From assembly GCF_018350175.1 (NCBI RefSeq), contig NC_058368.1, forward strand, positions 179,678,001-179,742,000: DNA of 64,000 nucleotides, read 5' to 3'. Under the pieces are notes generated by a model that had not been told where the DNA came from, did not search any database, and saw only the letters and a program-made list of their open reading frames with translations. Source of the stretch: Felis catus. Its lineage: Eukaryota. Position numbers and translations under genes: made by a program. Below, in pieces: positions 61,860 to 64,000 of this stretch. The first letter of the stretch is position 1. The number at the start of each line of letters is the position of its first letter.

Positions 61860-62260
61860 GTCAAGCTTAATAGTCCTAAGGAATAGAAATCCACACTGGC
61901 TGAGGTAAACAGAAACTTCATTTATAGGAAACAAATCAGGTCTCAAAAATTGCTAGAGATCTGCAGAGCTATGCTCAGGATAAGGGTGTGAACAAGGGTG
62001 CACCAGCACCACGAAGGCCAGGACGGAGACGCCACAGCTACTGCCAGCACTGGACGCTAATCCCAGATAGAGATGGTCCTATTTGGCACCCCAGAAGTGG
62101 GCTGTGCTGCCCCGCCCCCCTGCAAGAATTCTGCATGCCAACTGACACCATCCCAGGCAGGTGCATCTGAGCATCTGAGCCGGGGTCACATGCTTGCACC
62201 ATTGCCACAAAGGAAGCTGGGAAAGTGATCTGGCTATTCTGACTTCTAGAGAGGAAGGCA
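61860..62260 (-). mobile_element. Old MaLR MLT1 (K/L-like) LTR fragment
   Basis: 'ggtcacatgc....gccacaaaggaagctgggaaagtg'. Confidence 0.5.
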
Positions 62261-63504
62261 GACTACACCCTGCACTGAGATTTTGTGTAGAAAAAAAAAA
62301 GTGGAGTGGAGTAGAGTAGAATAGAATAGGAGTAAATAAAATAAAATGGCATATGTCCACCATGGCTCATCTTCCCTTTCCTAGAAATGCTGCCACCCTG
62401 CGTGGGTCCCTGCTCACCATCCTCAGTCTCTAGCAGCTGCCACAGCTCATCTCCTACCTGCTGTGGGTCAACCGGAACCCATAACGTGATCAGCACTGCC
62501 CACCTCTGAGACATTTTTCTGGGCCACTCGGTGATTTCACTGGGACATGTTACCTCCCTGGGCTGTCAGCCTGGATGGTGTGATTTCCAGAAGGCCCTCA
62601 GCCCAGCTCACGCCATCTGTGAGCAGACTCTAAATCCGCCCACAGCACTGAGTAATAACTAATTATCAGGCCAGTCCAGCCCTGCCATGAGGCTCTGCAC
62701 ACTTCTGCTCGGCATTGTGGCAGAAGGAGAGCTAGGCAAGGAACAGCACTGAGGGAGTCACAGGTCCCGGCAAGCCTGCCCTCCTTGTCATTTCCCTATT
62801 GTCTCCCTGGAAACTAATCCTGTCCCTCTTGACAACTGCATGGTGAGGCTGCTTGCTTCAGTGATCGTCAAGGTAGCTTATCCCCTTGTTAATTAACTAC
62901 TCAGGAAAATGCTGTACGACACTGTGCTCTTGGGCTTCTAGCTTGTTAACACGGGGGACTCCGGAGAAACTTTGACCTGGCTTGTGGCTGTGAGTTGGAT
63001 GACTCAAGAGAAAGGCTGGATGGAGGGGTGCTTGCTTCCTGCATGGCTCACCATCACTTTCAGGCACTATGGTTTGGACATAGGTAGGATGACTGGGACC
63101 GCAGCTGCCACTGGGAGATTTTGCTTTCTGCTACCTAAAGCAGACTGTCCCTTGCAGGGCCTTCGGCCATGGAGGCTGAATGACAGAATAGAAAGGCCTG
63201 CAATGTAGAATGTAACTAGAGGGCTAGAAATTAACCTCTTCATTTGGGCAATACTGTCCAAAGGAAGAAGTCAAAGATCAGGTGTGGCTTAAAACCCAAA
63301 TTCAATTTACTAACATTTTTTGGTCATCCATTACATGCCAGTCACTATGGTGAGCACGGGGGAAAGAACTGCCCAAGACATAGTCCCTCAGGGAGGTCAG
63401 TCTGTGAGGACAGATCAGACAATGGAATAGGCTACGTGGATGCAGAGGGGCAGTGGACCACGGAGGTGAGCAGGGATGCTGATGGGAGCATAATAGAGGG
63501 GCAT

Positions 63505-63925
63505 GGTATTAGCCTCCTGAAGCTGCTATAACAAATTGCCATGAATTTGTAGCTTAAAACAACAGAAACATTTTCTCTCACAGTCCTGGAGACCAGAAGT
63601 CTGAGATCAACAGGGCTTCCCTCCCTCTCCAGAGGGAGAAGAGAATTGGTTCCCAGCCTCTTCCAGCTCCTGGTGGCTCTCAGCCATCCTTGGCTTGTGG
63701 CTGCATCACTCTGGTCTTGTCTTCACATTGCCTTTCCTCTGTGTGTCTGTCTCCCTCTGCCTCTCTCTTATAAGGATACATGTAATGGCTCTTAGGGCCT
63801 GTTGAGAAAATCCAAGACAAGCTCCTTCTCTCAAGATCCTTAACATCTTTGGGGGTATAAAGTAAGACTGTCCCATAAGGTAATATTCAAAGGAAGTGAG
63901 TGTATCTTCAGGGGACCATTTTTCA
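63505..63925 (-). mobile_element. MaLR MLT1 (B/C-like) solo LTR
   Basis: 'gtattagcctcct..gctgctataacaaattgcc...gcttaaaacaacagaaa...ccagaagtctgagatca...tccttggcttgtggctgcatcact...taaggtaatattca'. Confidence 0.9.
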
Positions 63926-64000
63926 TCTTGGGCTTGGGGCAAGAAAAGCTTCCTAGAGGAATTAAGGACTGCTGGTCTGCTTAGGCTTGTTTGCAAGAGG

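Noticed and set aside
1..64000. Assignment of a host gene, or a prokaryote-style novel system (CRISPR, defence operon)
   Set aside because: The sequence is mammalian non-coding DNA. I recognised no exon, CpG island or repeat-spacer array, so I make no such claim.

Overview
This is 64 kb of mammalian non-coding DNA, most likely from a cat or other felid. It carries many carnivore tRNA-derived Can-SINEs, three of them young, CpG-rich SINEC_Fc-type copies with clean target-site duplications (TSDs). I could not support any protein-coding exon, RNA gene or CRISPR array. The ORF track is explained by SINEs, microsatellites, chance, and one decayed L1 ORF1 remnant. The window is a mosaic of old repeats (L1M, L2, MIR, MaLR MLT1, ERVL MLT2/LTR33, hAT MER5A/MER58A) and microsatellites. 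Several repeat-free, TAAT/FOX-motif-rich islands look like conserved enhancers of a gene desert or very large intron; I cannot identify the host locus. The most unusual structures are three local copying events. (1) A 126-bp, ~94% identical inverted duplication (36926-37051 / 38024-38149) copies a deleted MIR plus its unique flank. (2) A ~90-bp dispersed duplication (14728-14820 / 16569-16656) has its GGAAGGAA seed expanded into a long (GGAA)n microsatellite in one copy only. (3) An exact 21-bp segment sits inside an MLT2 LTR and matches unique DNA 710 bp upstream. There are also several nested TE stacks. Repeat subfamily names come from recalled consensus sequences, not from a search, and boundaries without TSDs are approximate.
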